24,156 nt of DNA from Candidatus Hodarchaeaceae archaeon (GTDB taxonomy: Archaea > Hadarchaeota > Hadarchaeia > Hadarchaeales > Hadarchaeaceae): positions 1 through 24,156 of the forward strand of contig JASEGJ010000016.1 of assembly GCA_030018135.1 (NCBI GenBank), written 5' to 3'. Position 1 is the stretch's first letter. Each line of letters opens with the position of its first letter. A program made the translations under genes and the position numbers. The notes below the pieces were generated by a model. The model had not been told where the DNA came from. It searched no databases and saw only the letters and a list, made by a program, of their open reading frames with translations. Shown piece after piece: positions 7,452 through 16,909 of this stretch.

Positions 7452-8609
7452 TTGAGGCCAGCGAGGCGGATGGCGACGATGCCGCAATCTGGCACGCTGA
7501 GGATGCTCGACGTAGCCAAGCGGCTGGAGCGAGAGGGGCGCGATATCATCCACATGGAGGTTGGCGAGCCCGATTTCGACACACCCGAGCACATCAAGCG
7601 GGCCGCGGAGGAGGCTCTTGCGCGGGGGGTGACGAAGTACACCCCGAGCGCAGGCACACCTGAGTTGCGCGAGGCCATCGCGGAGCATTTGACGACGAAG
7701 GGAATTCCCGCAGCACCGAAGGAGGTCCTAGTGACGCCCGGCGCCAAGCACGCGATATTCTGCGCCATGGCGGCGGCTCTCGACCCAAGCGACGAGGTGC
7801 TCATCCCGAGCCCATGCTGGACCTACGAGGGGATCGCGCTCACAGCCGGGGCGAAACCCACATACATCGAGATGACCCAGGCAGATGAATTCAGGTTAAA
7901 GGTCGGAGACGTACAGGAAAAACTCACCCAGAGGACCCGAATGCTCGTACTCAATTACCCCAACAACCCGACTGGTGCAACTATGACTAAGGACGACCTA
8001 AGTGCATTGGCCGATCTCGCGGCCGACCACGAGCTCTGGGTGCTGTCCGACGAGATATACGATTGTTTGGTGTACGATGGCAAGCATGCCAGCATCGCCT
8101 CTCTACCCGGGATGCACGAGCGCACCATCTATATCAACGGCTTCTCCAAGGCTTATGCCATGACCGGTTGGAGGCTCGGCTACGCCGCCGCGCCAGCCGA
8201 GCTAACTGCCGAGATGGTAAAAATTCAACAGGCTTCCACATCTTGTCCAACCTCCTTCGTCCAAGCCGCTGGCGTCGCTGCCCTGCGCGGCCCACAGGAT
8301 TGCGTCGAGCGGATGCGCGAGGAGTACCACAGGCGGCGCGATGTGATCGTCGAGGGACTTAACTCCATTGATGGCTTCGAGTGCGTTAAGCCGAAGGGTG
8401 CCTTCTACGCCTTTCCGAGCATCGGGGGGCTCGAGATAAAGTCGCTCGAGCTTTGCGAGTACCTCCTGCGCGAGGCGGGCGTCGCGGCTGTGCCTGGGAG
8501 CGAGTTCGGTCCGTACGGTGAGGGGCACGTGCGCTTCAGCTATGCCACATCCATGGAAAAAATCGAGAGGGCGCTCGAAAGGATCGAAACGGCCGTCGCG
8601 CGACTTTAG
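7452..8609 (+). CDS. PLP-dependent class I/II aminotransferase (aspartate aminotransferase-like)
   Basis: GEPDF, NYPNNPTG, SDEIY and GFSKAYAMTGWRLG (PLP lysine); GAGGTGA RBS 4 nt before TTG. Confidence 0.92.
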   Translation: MRPARRMATMPQSGTLRMLDVAKRLEREGRDIIHMEVGEPDFDTPEHIKRAAEEALARGVTKYTPSAGTPELREAIAEHLTTKGIPAAPKEVLVTPGAKHAIFCAMAAALDPSDEVLIPSPCWTYEGIALTAGAKPTYIEMTQADEFRLKVGDVQEKLTQRTRMLVLNYPNNPTGATMTKDDLSALADLAADHELWVLSDEIYDCLVYDGKHASIASLPGMHERTIYINGFSKAYAMTGWRLGYAAAPAELTAEMVKIQQASTSCPTSFVQAAGVAALRGPQDCVERMREEYHRRRDVIVEGLNSIDGFECVKPKGAFYAFPSIGGLEIKSLELCEYLLREAGVAAVPGSEFGPYGEGHVRFSYATSMEKIERALERIETAVARL

Positions 8610-8664
8610 CCAAAATTTGACATCAGAATTTTTAACCAGAATTCACTAAAACAATGAAGTTGCC

Positions 8665-9057
8665 TTAAATTTGAACCCACCTTCGATTGACCAGATCCCA
8701 AATCCCCTGCCCGTGGAAATCACCGCGGACGCAAAATGCGGACACGACTTTTCGGCCTGCGTCCAATGTGATTATTGCAGTGTGGCCCTCGAGCGCTTCG
8801 AGCATAAAGTGCGGATGTCCTCCACTCCACGTGGTATAGTCCACGACCAGAACCTTACCACCCGGCTGATGATTATAGGCTTCCTTGATCTCGACCGAGT
8901 TTTCGTCGAGGTGGTCGGATACGTCGGTATTCTTCAGAAACTTTATCACGATGCTCTTCATCTCCGCTTCGCTTAATTCCCCCCGCGCGACATAGAGCAC
9001 AGCAACACCGAGACAAGTACCGACTAAAACCGCGACGATGATTATTTTTTTCAGCAT
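8665..9057 (-). CDS. Hypothetical secreted or membrane-anchored protein
   Basis: N-terminal KK followed by a hydrophobic stretch; GGTGAGG RBS upstream of ATG; no family confidently recognised. Confidence 0.7.
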   Translation of the reverse strand: MLKKIIIVAVLVGTCLGVAVLYVARGELSEAEMKSIVIKFLKNTDVSDHLDENSVEIKEAYNHQPGGKVLVVDYTTWSGGHPHFMLEALEGHTAIITLDAGRKVVSAFCVRGDFHGQGIWDLVNRRWVQI

Positions 9058-9127
9058 TTGCTATCCTCACCCACTTTTCGGCTCTTCCCCAGAGGACTGA
9101 CCTTTATCACCATCAGCTCATGGCAGG

Positions 9128-9730
9128 TCAGCTACCCAAAAACTCAATTTGGTTTATTTCGCTTAAATCATCTAGTCGGTTCATTTTTACCATGCGTTCC
9201 GAAAATGTGTAAAGCACATCCTCGATGTAAAGGGACCTTTGTACCGAATAGGGGGGAAGAGAAATAGAAACCGCTTTTTGCGAGTTCCTCACCCCGTAAG
9301 TGGGTAACCCTACCCCTGAACTCAAATCCCCCATCCAAGGAAACATCGAACACATAGGCCCCTTGGAAAACGTAATCCCCGATGGTGAATGGGGGCACCC
9401 CTCCTGGATATTTTTCTTCATTTATTTCAGCGAGCAAGATGGGTATGATCAAAAGACCCCTTTCCCTGCTGAACAGGAATGCCTTGTGATCTCTTAAGGC
9501 ATAGGAGTCGGTACCGCGATCGCCGATGGTGTACCTCGCCCTCTCCTTGGGATTTTCCACATCGCTGACATCGAAGTCTCCTGCCTTTCTTTCAAAAAAT
9601 CCTTCAACTCCTGATAAGAGAAAAATCTCCTCACCTGCGGCTCAACTTCGGCCCCCAATTTAAAAGAAAGAATGGATACAGTGCTCGCCAACAGCGCCGC
9701 GACCAAGAGCAAGGGGATGAGGGCCCTCAT
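9128..9730 (-). pseudogene. Secreted beta-propeller protein (COG4880/Beta_propel-like) pseudogene
   Basis: Signal peptide plus RRFFSYQELKDFL is joined out of frame near 9577 to C-terminal FDVSDVENPKE...DHKAFLF...QGAYVFDVS...GRVTH. A second frameshift in the G6 run at 9251-9256 precedes RSLYIEDVLYTFS. Confidence 0.8.
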
Positions 9731-9819
9731 GTTCTGCACTCCAATTTTTTCGTGCATGTTACTTTGTTATAAATTAAGTTTCGAATGTGAAATCCAGAAT
9801 TTACGTCGCGGAAAAATCC

Positions 9820-12060
9820 TCAGGGCACGTACGAGCTGCTCAGCACCCGCCTGATCTCCCTCGCCTTCTCGGGCCCTATACCTCGCACCTGCTGAAGCTC
9901 CTCCTCCGACGCCGCCATGACCCGCTCCACCGTGCCGAAGTGCTCGAGCAACCGCTCGGCCAGCACCGCCGAGACGCCCGGCAGCCCCTCGACGATGAAC
10001 CTCTGTTGCTCCTGCAAGGTCAAGCCCTTGGCCTCGCCGCGTACCGCCACCTCTCGATCTCTCTCCGCCTGCTCCCGCTTGGCAATCATGGCAAGCACGG
10101 CCGCCGTTTCCCTCTCGTTCCGGGTGGGCAGGACCGAGACGCCGAAGTCGACCGCCACAGCAGCCAGTGCCCCCCTTATCGCATTCGGATGAATGGCTCG
10201 GATCATGTAGAGCTCGTTGCTCTCGCCCTCCAAGATAAGAATTGGGCGCTCGAAGGTCTCCGCCAGCAACTTCGCTTGGCCCAGCAATCGCTTGTCTACC
10301 ATCGACTGCAGAAAATCCTGCACGGACTTGCGTTCCACGCCCACGCGGTCGCTGAGGATGTAATCGCCGACTTCGAGTTGCTTGGCCTCGATTACGACGC
10401 CCAGCTGCGCCAGCTCGCGAACCACGCCCGACGCCACCTCGCGGTGGTCTGCGATGACCCTCACCATTGCCGGCTTGGTGAACTCCTCCAACATCTTCTG
10501 ACCCATTTGCGCTGGCGCCGCCCCTTGTCCGCATAGCGCCTCGCGCATCCGTTGCTCCTTACGGACGGCCGACCAGTAAAATGCTTCGTCCCGCGTCCCC
10601 TTGGCCAGTAACACGATGACCCGTCCCGGCCTAATGCGACCGGTCCGCCCGCGCCGCTGGATAAACCTGATCTCGCTTGGCACAGCCTCGTAGAAGAGCA
10701 CAAGTTCGACGCTGGGGATGTCGAGGCCCTCCTCTCCGACCGCGGTGCTTATGAGCACGTTGTAATCTCCGGCCCTGAACTTCTCAAGAATCCGGGCCTG
10801 CTCCCTCTGACTCATCCCGGATTCGCTTTCCCGCGCCGCCTGCCCTATAAACTTTACCGGCCTCACGCCGCTCAACTTGCTCAGCACATCGACCAGCCTC
10901 TCGACGGAGTCCCGGTAGTGGGCGAAGATTATCACTCGCGAATTGGGCTTTCGCACGAACTGCCCGCGGACGACCTCGATTGCCTCGGCAATCTTGGGGT
11001 GCTCCATCTTTTCGCGTAGCCCTTGAGCGGTGCGAAAGGCCCGCCATGTCCTAGGATCGTTGGCTAAAATTTTCAATGCCCTGCCGGCGCCCGGCATGCG
11101 CGCCCTTCGCAACAATCGCGCCAGGTAGCGCTCGAGCGCTGCCAAGCCCTGGGTCTCGAGTAACTCGACCGCATGACACAGCCGCATGGCGGCGGCCTGC
11201 GCAATCAGTCCGACGTAAAGATTTTCCGGCGCGCTGGGCCCGAGTCCATGCACGACCTCGCGAATTTTACGTTGAACCTCGAGGAGGTCGCGTTTTCCGA
11301 CCCCCTGTACGCTTGTTATGAACCCATATTTTTTTAGCACAGTCAGCTGTTCCCTCAGCTGCTCCTCCAACAGCTTTTTAACATCGATAAATGCCCGCGG
11401 AAGCTCCAGCCTGTGCCACTCTATTTCGGTGGGCTGAACATATGGATGAACGTCCGCGTCCCTCTCGGTCCTGATCTCGACCTGCCCGATAAAGAGGTTT
11501 CGCTTGACCTCCTCAATTCGGCCCGCCTCGGCGCCGGGCGAGGCCGTAAGCGCCAAGATCAGGGGGTTCTTCGCCGCGCGCATGTAACGCTCGGCTACGA
11601 AGCCATATGGGTAATCGCCGACGGCGCGGTGCGCCTCATCGAACACTAGCAGCGAAAAATCCCCGAGCGAGAGCCTGCCGGCGACTAAGTCGTACTCCAC
11701 GACCTGCGGCGTCGCGAATATCAACCTCGCCCGCCGCCATGCCTCTTGTCTTCGAGCTGGCGATGTGTGACCTGTGAGCGCTCGAAGTTCCTCCCGCGGC
11801 AACCTCATCAAGCGCCCAAAGACTTGGCAGTGCTGCACCACGAGCGGTCGGGTAGGTGCCATCACCAGAACTTTGCTGTCCGGCAATCCAGCCAGACGAT
11901 GGGCGGCCACCATTATCGCGATCTGCGTCTTCCCCATGCCAGTTGGGAGCACGACCAACGTGTTTCCTCGAACTGCGGAGCTGAAAATCACCTGCTGATA
12001 TGCCCTGGCCTCCATCGAGTTCGGCTCTATCAACGGATGATCTACGTGCGACATCGACAT
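9820..12060 (-). CDS. hef: Hef: SF2 DEAH helicase fused to ERCC4/XPF nuclease and HhH domains (FANCM homologue)
   Basis: PTGMGKT, DEAH, TASPG, QRRGRTGR, nuclease GDY...VERKS..DF and C-terminal HhH2. Start likely ATG 12060 or 12054, not 12234. Confidence 0.95.
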   Translation of the reverse strand: MSMSHVDHPLIEPNSMEARAYQQVIFSSAVRGNTLVVLPTGMGKTQIAIMVAAHRLAGLPDSKVLVMAPTRPLVVQHCQVFGRLMRLPREELRALTGHTSPARRQEAWRRARLIFATPQVVEYDLVAGRLSLGDFSLLVFDEAHRAVGDYPYGFVAERYMRAAKNPLILALTASPGAEAGRIEEVKRNLFIGQVEIRTERDADVHPYVQPTEIEWHRLELPRAFIDVKKLLEEQLREQLTVLKKYGFITSVQGVGKRDLLEVQRKIREVVHGLGPSAPENLYVGLIAQAAAMRLCHAVELLETQGLAALERYLARLLRRARMPGAGRALKILANDPRTWRAFRTAQGLREKMEHPKIAEAIEVVRGQFVRKPNSRVIIFAHYRDSVERLVDVLSKLSGVRPVKFIGQAARESESGMSQREQARILEKFRAGDYNVLISTAVGEEGLDIPSVELVLFYEAVPSEIRFIQRRGRTGRIRPGRVIVLLAKGTRDEAFYWSAVRKEQRMREALCGQGAAPAQMGQKMLEEFTKPAMVRVIADHREVASGVVRELAQLGVVIEAKQLEVGDYILSDRVGVERKSVQDFLQSMVDKRLLGQAKLLAETFERPILILEGESNELYMIRAIHPNAIRGALAAVAVDFGVSVLPTRNERETAAVLAMIAKREQAERDREVAVRGEAKGLTLQEQQRFIVEGLPGVSAVLAERLLEHFGTVERVMAASEEELQQVRGIGPEKAREIRRVLSSSYVP

Positions 12061-12184
12061 CAAACTCGAAATATCATCGGGCTGAGATATAAGGCATCGA
12101 GGGGGCAAAACGTGGGAAAAATGGACGGCAAACTTAAACTCCCGAACTCGTTCAAAAAAGCTGAGCGATAAAAAATAAGATGCG

Positions 12185-14128
12185 TCAGCCTCCGAAGAAT
12201 TCCCGCAAGCGCCTCGCGAGCGCCCCGTGCTCATCCTGCACGACCTCCAGCCGCTCGCGCAGCCAGCTCGGGATGCTGCGCTTGACGAAGGCCGTCGCGA
12301 CCCGCCAATCCATGAATATGACGGCTGCCTTGTCGGTGAGCAGGCGATGCGCCCTGCCAGCTGCTTGGCTCATGCGCCTGTGGGCGGGCAGGTAGTAGCC
12401 GTAAAACTCCCCCTTGCCCGGGAACTGGGACTCGTAGTACTCGACCATCGCCTTGGTGCGCTTGGTCGGACGGGAGTACGGGATGCCGACCACAACGACG
12501 GCGTTCATCTCGTTGCCCGGGTAATCGCCTCCCTCCGCATTTCGGCCGCCCACGACGCCTAGGAGCACCGCCCCGCCCCTTTCGGCGTGCGACTTAAAGT
12601 CTCTGACCAAACGATCGTTTTTTAACGACGACATCTCCCGCTCCTCGACGAACAACGGCTTTTGGACCCTGTTAGCTATACCGGCGTCGAGCAGGCCCTC
12701 CAGGACCTCATAGCTTGCCGTGAAAACTCCCACGTTTGCCGGCACGGCATCCGTCACCTCGGCTACGCGGTCGACGAGCTTATCGTACATCTCTCGCGCG
12801 CGGTAGGTCTCCTTCGTCGTGACGCCTCGCACCACCAGCGCGAGCACGTTTTCGCTGGAGAACGGCGACGAAAATTGCGCCGTGATCGTGTCCTCGGGCA
12901 GGCCGATGACGTCTCGATATGCATCGAGCGGGACGAGCGTCCCAGACATGCTGACGACGGAATGCGCGCCATCTATGACGGGTGATGTTATGATCCTCGG
13001 GTCAAGCGCTTGGACCTCGAGCTTTACTGTGGGCTGCCCGTGCCTCCCGGTGCCCCTCGATATTATGTGCATGTACTGGGGGCTTTTGCTCGTCGCGTCC
13101 CACGCCTCTAAAAACGTCGCGAGCCTGCGTATGTAGGAGCGCGGCGCCCTGCCCCGCCTGAGGTCGTATAGCATGTGCTCCTCGCCAACTCTTTTGAGGA
13201 ACTCAAAGATGTCAGCTGGTTCGATGTCCAACCCCGCTCGCTCGAGCATGTCGGCTATCGCGTCCAAGAACTCCCGGCCCCGAAGCAGCTCCTCGCCATC
13301 CCCGTCGCCTATGCGCTCCGTCGCCATCTCGTCGACGAGTTCGTGCAAGCCTTTTGCAACTTGATATGCCAGCTCGTCCCCGAACTCCTGGGCCTCCCGC
13401 GCGGCGGAGGCGATCGAGAAGGTGCTCAACACGCCGCTCGCGAGTTCGACCGCAACCTCAGGTAAATTGTGCGCCTCGTCGAGGACGACGATCAAATCTG
13501 AGGGATCCGCATGCATGTTGCGCAGGAAGAGCGGTCTTATCTCTGGATCCAGTAAATAGATGTAGCTGGCTGCTACCACCTTAACGTCCGCGAGAGCACT
13601 TTTGGCTAGCTCGTAGGGGCAAAAGTTTTCCTCCCTACAAATGTCGATGAGTCCGCCCGCGGTCGTCGGCTGAGCCAAAATAACGTCTTGAAGCTCTAAG
13701 ACTCTTTCCTCCTGCTTGAGCATATTCTCGTAAAATTCGCACCTCTCGAGCTTGCGAAGCATACCGCAGGTATAAGCCGCGTCGGCCGCGCTCGCAGCGA
13801 ACCGCCTCACGAGCGGGTTGATGCACATTTCCCTGCGCCCGCGCATGGATATACCGGAGATGTGGAACCTCGAGCGGAGTGCACGGAGCTCCTCGATCAC
13901 CCGGTCCATTTGCTTGTGCGTGCGGCAGCAGTAGATTATTCGGCGGTCGGCCGCCTCCGGGGAGACCAGAATGCCGCAGAGCACGGCGATCGTCTTTCCC
14001 ATGCCAGTCGAGCCCTCAAGCGCCGCATGCCTGCCGGCACTGACGGCACCTCGAATGACATTGATCATCTCCGCCTGAACTGGTCTAACCTCCGGGTAGG
14101 GAAAAATCTCGGCGAGGGAGATCGTCAT
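12185..14128 (-). CDS. xpd: XPD/Rad3-family Fe-S DNA helicase
   Basis: Q motif RPVQ, GSTGMGKT, four Fe-S cysteines (MCINP, YTCG, RCEFY, FCPYE), DEAHNL, SGTL and QAAGRAHR. Confidence 0.93.
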   Translation of the reverse strand: MTISLAEIFPYPEVRPVQAEMINVIRGAVSAGRHAALEGSTGMGKTIAVLCGILVSPEAADRRIIYCCRTHKQMDRVIEELRALRSRFHISGISMRGRREMCINPLVRRFAASAADAAYTCGMLRKLERCEFYENMLKQEERVLELQDVILAQPTTAGGLIDICREENFCPYELAKSALADVKVVAASYIYLLDPEIRPLFLRNMHADPSDLIVVLDEAHNLPEVAVELASGVLSTFSIASAAREAQEFGDELAYQVAKGLHELVDEMATERIGDGDGEELLRGREFLDAIADMLERAGLDIEPADIFEFLKRVGEEHMLYDLRRGRAPRSYIRRLATFLEAWDATSKSPQYMHIISRGTGRHGQPTVKLEVQALDPRIITSPVIDGAHSVVSMSGTLVPLDAYRDVIGLPEDTITAQFSSPFSSENVLALVVRGVTTKETYRAREMYDKLVDRVAEVTDAVPANVGVFTASYEVLEGLLDAGIANRVQKPLFVEEREMSSLKNDRLVRDFKSHAERGGAVLLGVVGGRNAEGGDYPGNEMNAVVVVGIPYSRPTKRTKAMVEYYESQFPGKGEFYGYYLPAHRRMSQAAGRAHRLLTDKAAVIFMDWRVATAFVKRSIPSWLRERLEVVQDEHGALARRLREFFGG

Positions 14129-14143
14129 CGAATAATCTAATCC

Positions 14144-14458
14144 TCACGCGGTCAATTTAATGGTGTATGTTATTATCCACAAAATTAGCCACATGATGAA
14201 AAATGGCAATGCGCCCGTGGTGGCGATTTTTCGCCTCTCAATTGGCTTTTGAACCTGAGTCGCGGTTGTGGTCGAGGCGGGGGGCGACGGCGCGGGTTTG
14301 ACGACGCCGAACATGGAGCAGGCCAACCTGTACGAGCCGTAGAAAAAGACGATCGCGAGCAGCAATGCCGCACCCTCACTGGATAACACGCCGGAGATAA
14401 GTCCGACGAGGGCGCCGAATGCGGCGAACAGAATGGTAATTTTACCCACAGCGTCCAT
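14144..14458 (-). CDS. Small three-TM membrane protein, archaeal EMC6-like/DUF5379-like
   Basis: Three hydrophobic segments and C-terminal GALPFFIMWLILWIITYT pattern; family assignment from memory. Confidence 0.6.
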   Translation of the reverse strand: MDAVGKITILFAAFGALVGLISGVLSSEGAALLLAIVFFYGSYRLACSMFGVVKPAPSPPASTTTATQVQKPIERRKIATTGALPFFIMWLILWIITYTIKLTA

Positions 14459-14649
14459 GTGTACACCAACTCGTCGCGAGGTTATCCACGTTTAGCTCGG
14501 AACTATGGTCTGCGCCCGCGAGCTTAAAAATGCTATCGGTGCCATTGGGGTCGTTTGGGTTGTGAGTTGGCCGTCGTCTCCACTACCCGGCTGCCCTTTG
14601 ACCAAAAACTGGAAAACTTATCAGCATTTGGTTTAAGATGGGCGCCTTA

Positions 14650-14843
14650 TCACCTCAGGCCCAGCCTCCTCTTCAACTTCTTGATAAATCCCCCTCCTCC
14701 CTAATTTGTAGGTAACGATAGACGGTTGAAACGCCTAACTTCGGCCTCTTGGCTATCTCCTTTGGCTCTATCCCCATTTCCTTGAGCCTCCTTATTTCTC
14801 CTATGGTTTCTGGCGCCAATCTTTTTCTCCCTCTCTTTGACAT
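14650..14843 (-). pseudogene. Small helix-turn-helix protein (resolvase/HTH_7-like), possibly frameshifted near its 3' end
   Basis: GAGGTGG RBS, ATG at 14843, KEIAKRPKLGVSTVYRYL HTH. In-frame stop at 14673; a shift in the G5 run would continue GFIKKLKRRLGLR to a stop at 14650. Confidence 0.55.
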
Positions 14844-14960
14844 GATTCTCCACCTCAATAGAAATCTTGTGTATTGGTTAAAAAATAGCCCCCAATGATT
14901 TCCTCGGGAAAAGCATCGACGCTTTATTACCCGTAGCTCAGTAGTTTCAATGGGATCACA

Positions 14961-16901
14961 TTGAAGATCGCCATGAGTAGCCTCGACATCGCGGCCTGCG
15001 TCGAGGAGCTGAAAATTGCCGTAGGTGCCCGCGTCGACAAAGTCTACGAGCTGGATGGCCTCTTCATCCTCCGGCTACGTTCACCCGGCAAGGGACGCTT
15101 AGACCTACTGATAGAGCCGGGAAGGCGGGTGCACCTGACGACTATGGAATACAAGTCCTCAAGGCAGCCCACCTCATACGCGATGTTTTTGCGGAAACAT
15201 TTGACGAACGCGCGATTAGCCGACATCAACCAGCCAAAATTTGAGCGCATCCTGGAGTTCAGGTTTAAGGGCAGAGAGGAACGCGTGCTGATAACGGAGC
15301 TATTCGGCTCCGGAAACCTGATCTTATGCGATGGGGATTTGGTCATCATTCAGCCCTATCGCGTGGAGGTGTGGCGACACCGCGCTCTCAAGCCCGGCGA
15401 GAGGTACCTCCACCCCCCGATGGGCCTTGACATCCGCGAGTTCGACCAGGTAAAGCTGCGGGACGCGCTCGTTGAGGCCCCTGACATCGTGCGCGGCTTG
15501 GCGGTCAACTTAAATCTCGGTGGACCACTCGCCGAGGAGGTATGCGCTCGGGCGAGGGTCCAGAAGGGCAGGAAACCAGCCGAGCTGTCCGAGCCGGAGT
15601 TGCAGTCCCTGGTGGATGCCGTCGTCGCCCTGTTCGATCAAAAACTGGCGCCGCACATCGTCTACGACGACGGTTACCCGATCGATGTCCTCCCGTTCGA
15701 TTTCGCTTCGCACTTTGGCAAGCGCGCGAGGCGATTCGGATCCTTCAATCAAGCCTTGGATGAATACTTCAGCACGCTGGCCGTTCAATCCACCGCCGCG
15801 AGGCAAAAGGACAGGCTTGAGCTGAAGGCGGGAAGGCTGCGCCGACGCTTGGCTGAACAAGAAGCACGCCTCGCTGAGCTTGAGGCCAAGGCCAGCGATG
15901 CAAAGGGGCAGGCCGACCTCATAGCAACCCACCATGTCCAAGTTGAAGAGGCCCTGCGCCGCCTCGCCGAACTCAGGCGCGCCGAAGGCTGGCAGGTCGC
16001 TATGAACGCGTTGCAAAGGGCTCGGGAATCCGGGGAAGCTTGGGCGAAGCTCGTAAAAGCCGTCGATGTTCGCGCGGGAGTGGTGGAGATGGAACTCGAG
16101 GGGAAAGCCGTGGACGTCGACTTGCGCCTCCCGGCGTTCGGAAACGCGTCGAAATTGTACGAGAGGTACAAGAAGCTGGCTGAAAAGGCAGAGGGTGCCA
16201 AGAAGGCGGTCGCGAAAACTGAACTCGAGCTGAGCGAGTTGCTCTCCGCGGGCATGGTGGAAGTCGCTGCACCGGCCCCTCGAAAACGTAGGAAACCGAG
16301 GTGGTTCGAGCGCTTCAGGTGGTTCATTTCGTCAGACGGCATCCTCGTCATAGGCGGACGCGATGTTGCGACAAATCGCGAGGTCGTGGAAAAACACATG
16401 CAGCCGGGCGATCGCTACCTGCACGCTGACATCGTCGGGGCACCACACGTAGTAGTCAAGGCGGACGGCAAGGAGGTGCCCGAGACCACGCTGAGGGAAG
16501 CTGCGGAACTTGCGGCGATGCACTCGCGCGCCTGGCGCGAGGGCCTAGGGGCGCTCGACGTTTATTGGGTGCTGCCGGAACAGGTTTCAAGACAGGCGCC
16601 CTCTGGGGAGTACCTGCCGCGGGGGAGCTACGCGGTCAGGGACAAGCGCAATTTTTTAAAGGTTCCAGTGAGGGCGGCGATCGGCGTCGTGGCCCTGGAC
16701 GACGAACGGGTGATAATGTGCGGGCCGCCGAGCGCGGTGGAGCGCCGCTCAAAGGTCGTCATTCAAATCGTCCCCGGGCGACTCAAGAAGTCCGATCTGG
16801 CGAAAAAGGTGCAAGCACGCCTGCGCGTAAAAGGCGTGGACGTTTCGATCGATGAGTTGATGCGCGCGCTACCGCCCGGGAGGGGTGAAATCAAGGGGTG
16901 A
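14961..16901 (+). CDS. rqcH: Ribosome quality-control factor Rqc2/NEMF/RqcH (NFACT family)
   Basis: MSSLDI, MFLRKHL, FERI, ELFGSGN, coiled coil, WFERFRWFISSDG, GGRD, HADIVGAP and SGEYLPRGSY. TTTATTA at ~14923-14929 upstream. Confidence 0.93.
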   Translation: MKIAMSSLDIAACVEELKIAVGARVDKVYELDGLFILRLRSPGKGRLDLLIEPGRRVHLTTMEYKSSRQPTSYAMFLRKHLTNARLADINQPKFERILEFRFKGREERVLITELFGSGNLILCDGDLVIIQPYRVEVWRHRALKPGERYLHPPMGLDIREFDQVKLRDALVEAPDIVRGLAVNLNLGGPLAEEVCARARVQKGRKPAELSEPELQSLVDAVVALFDQKLAPHIVYDDGYPIDVLPFDFASHFGKRARRFGSFNQALDEYFSTLAVQSTAARQKDRLELKAGRLRRRLAEQEARLAELEAKASDAKGQADLIATHHVQVEEALRRLAELRRAEGWQVAMNALQRARESGEAWAKLVKAVDVRAGVVEMELEGKAVDVDLRLPAFGNASKLYERYKKLAEKAEGAKKAVAKTELELSELLSAGMVEVAAPAPRKRRKPRWFERFRWFISSDGILVIGGRDVATNREVVEKHMQPGDRYLHADIVGAPHVVVKADGKEVPETTLREAAELAAMHSRAWREGLGALDVYWVLPEQVSRQAPSGEYLPRGSYAVRDKRNFLKVPVRAAIGVVALDDERVIMCGPPSAVERRSKVVIQIVPGRLKKSDLAKKVQARLRVKGVDVSIDELMRALPPGRGEIKG

Positions 16902-16909
16902 GGCGGACC

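Noticed and set aside
12061-12234. 58-aa N-terminal extension of Hef
   Set aside because: It overlaps the xpd 3' end and the AT-rich intergenic region; Hef-like sequence begins at MSHVDHPLI.
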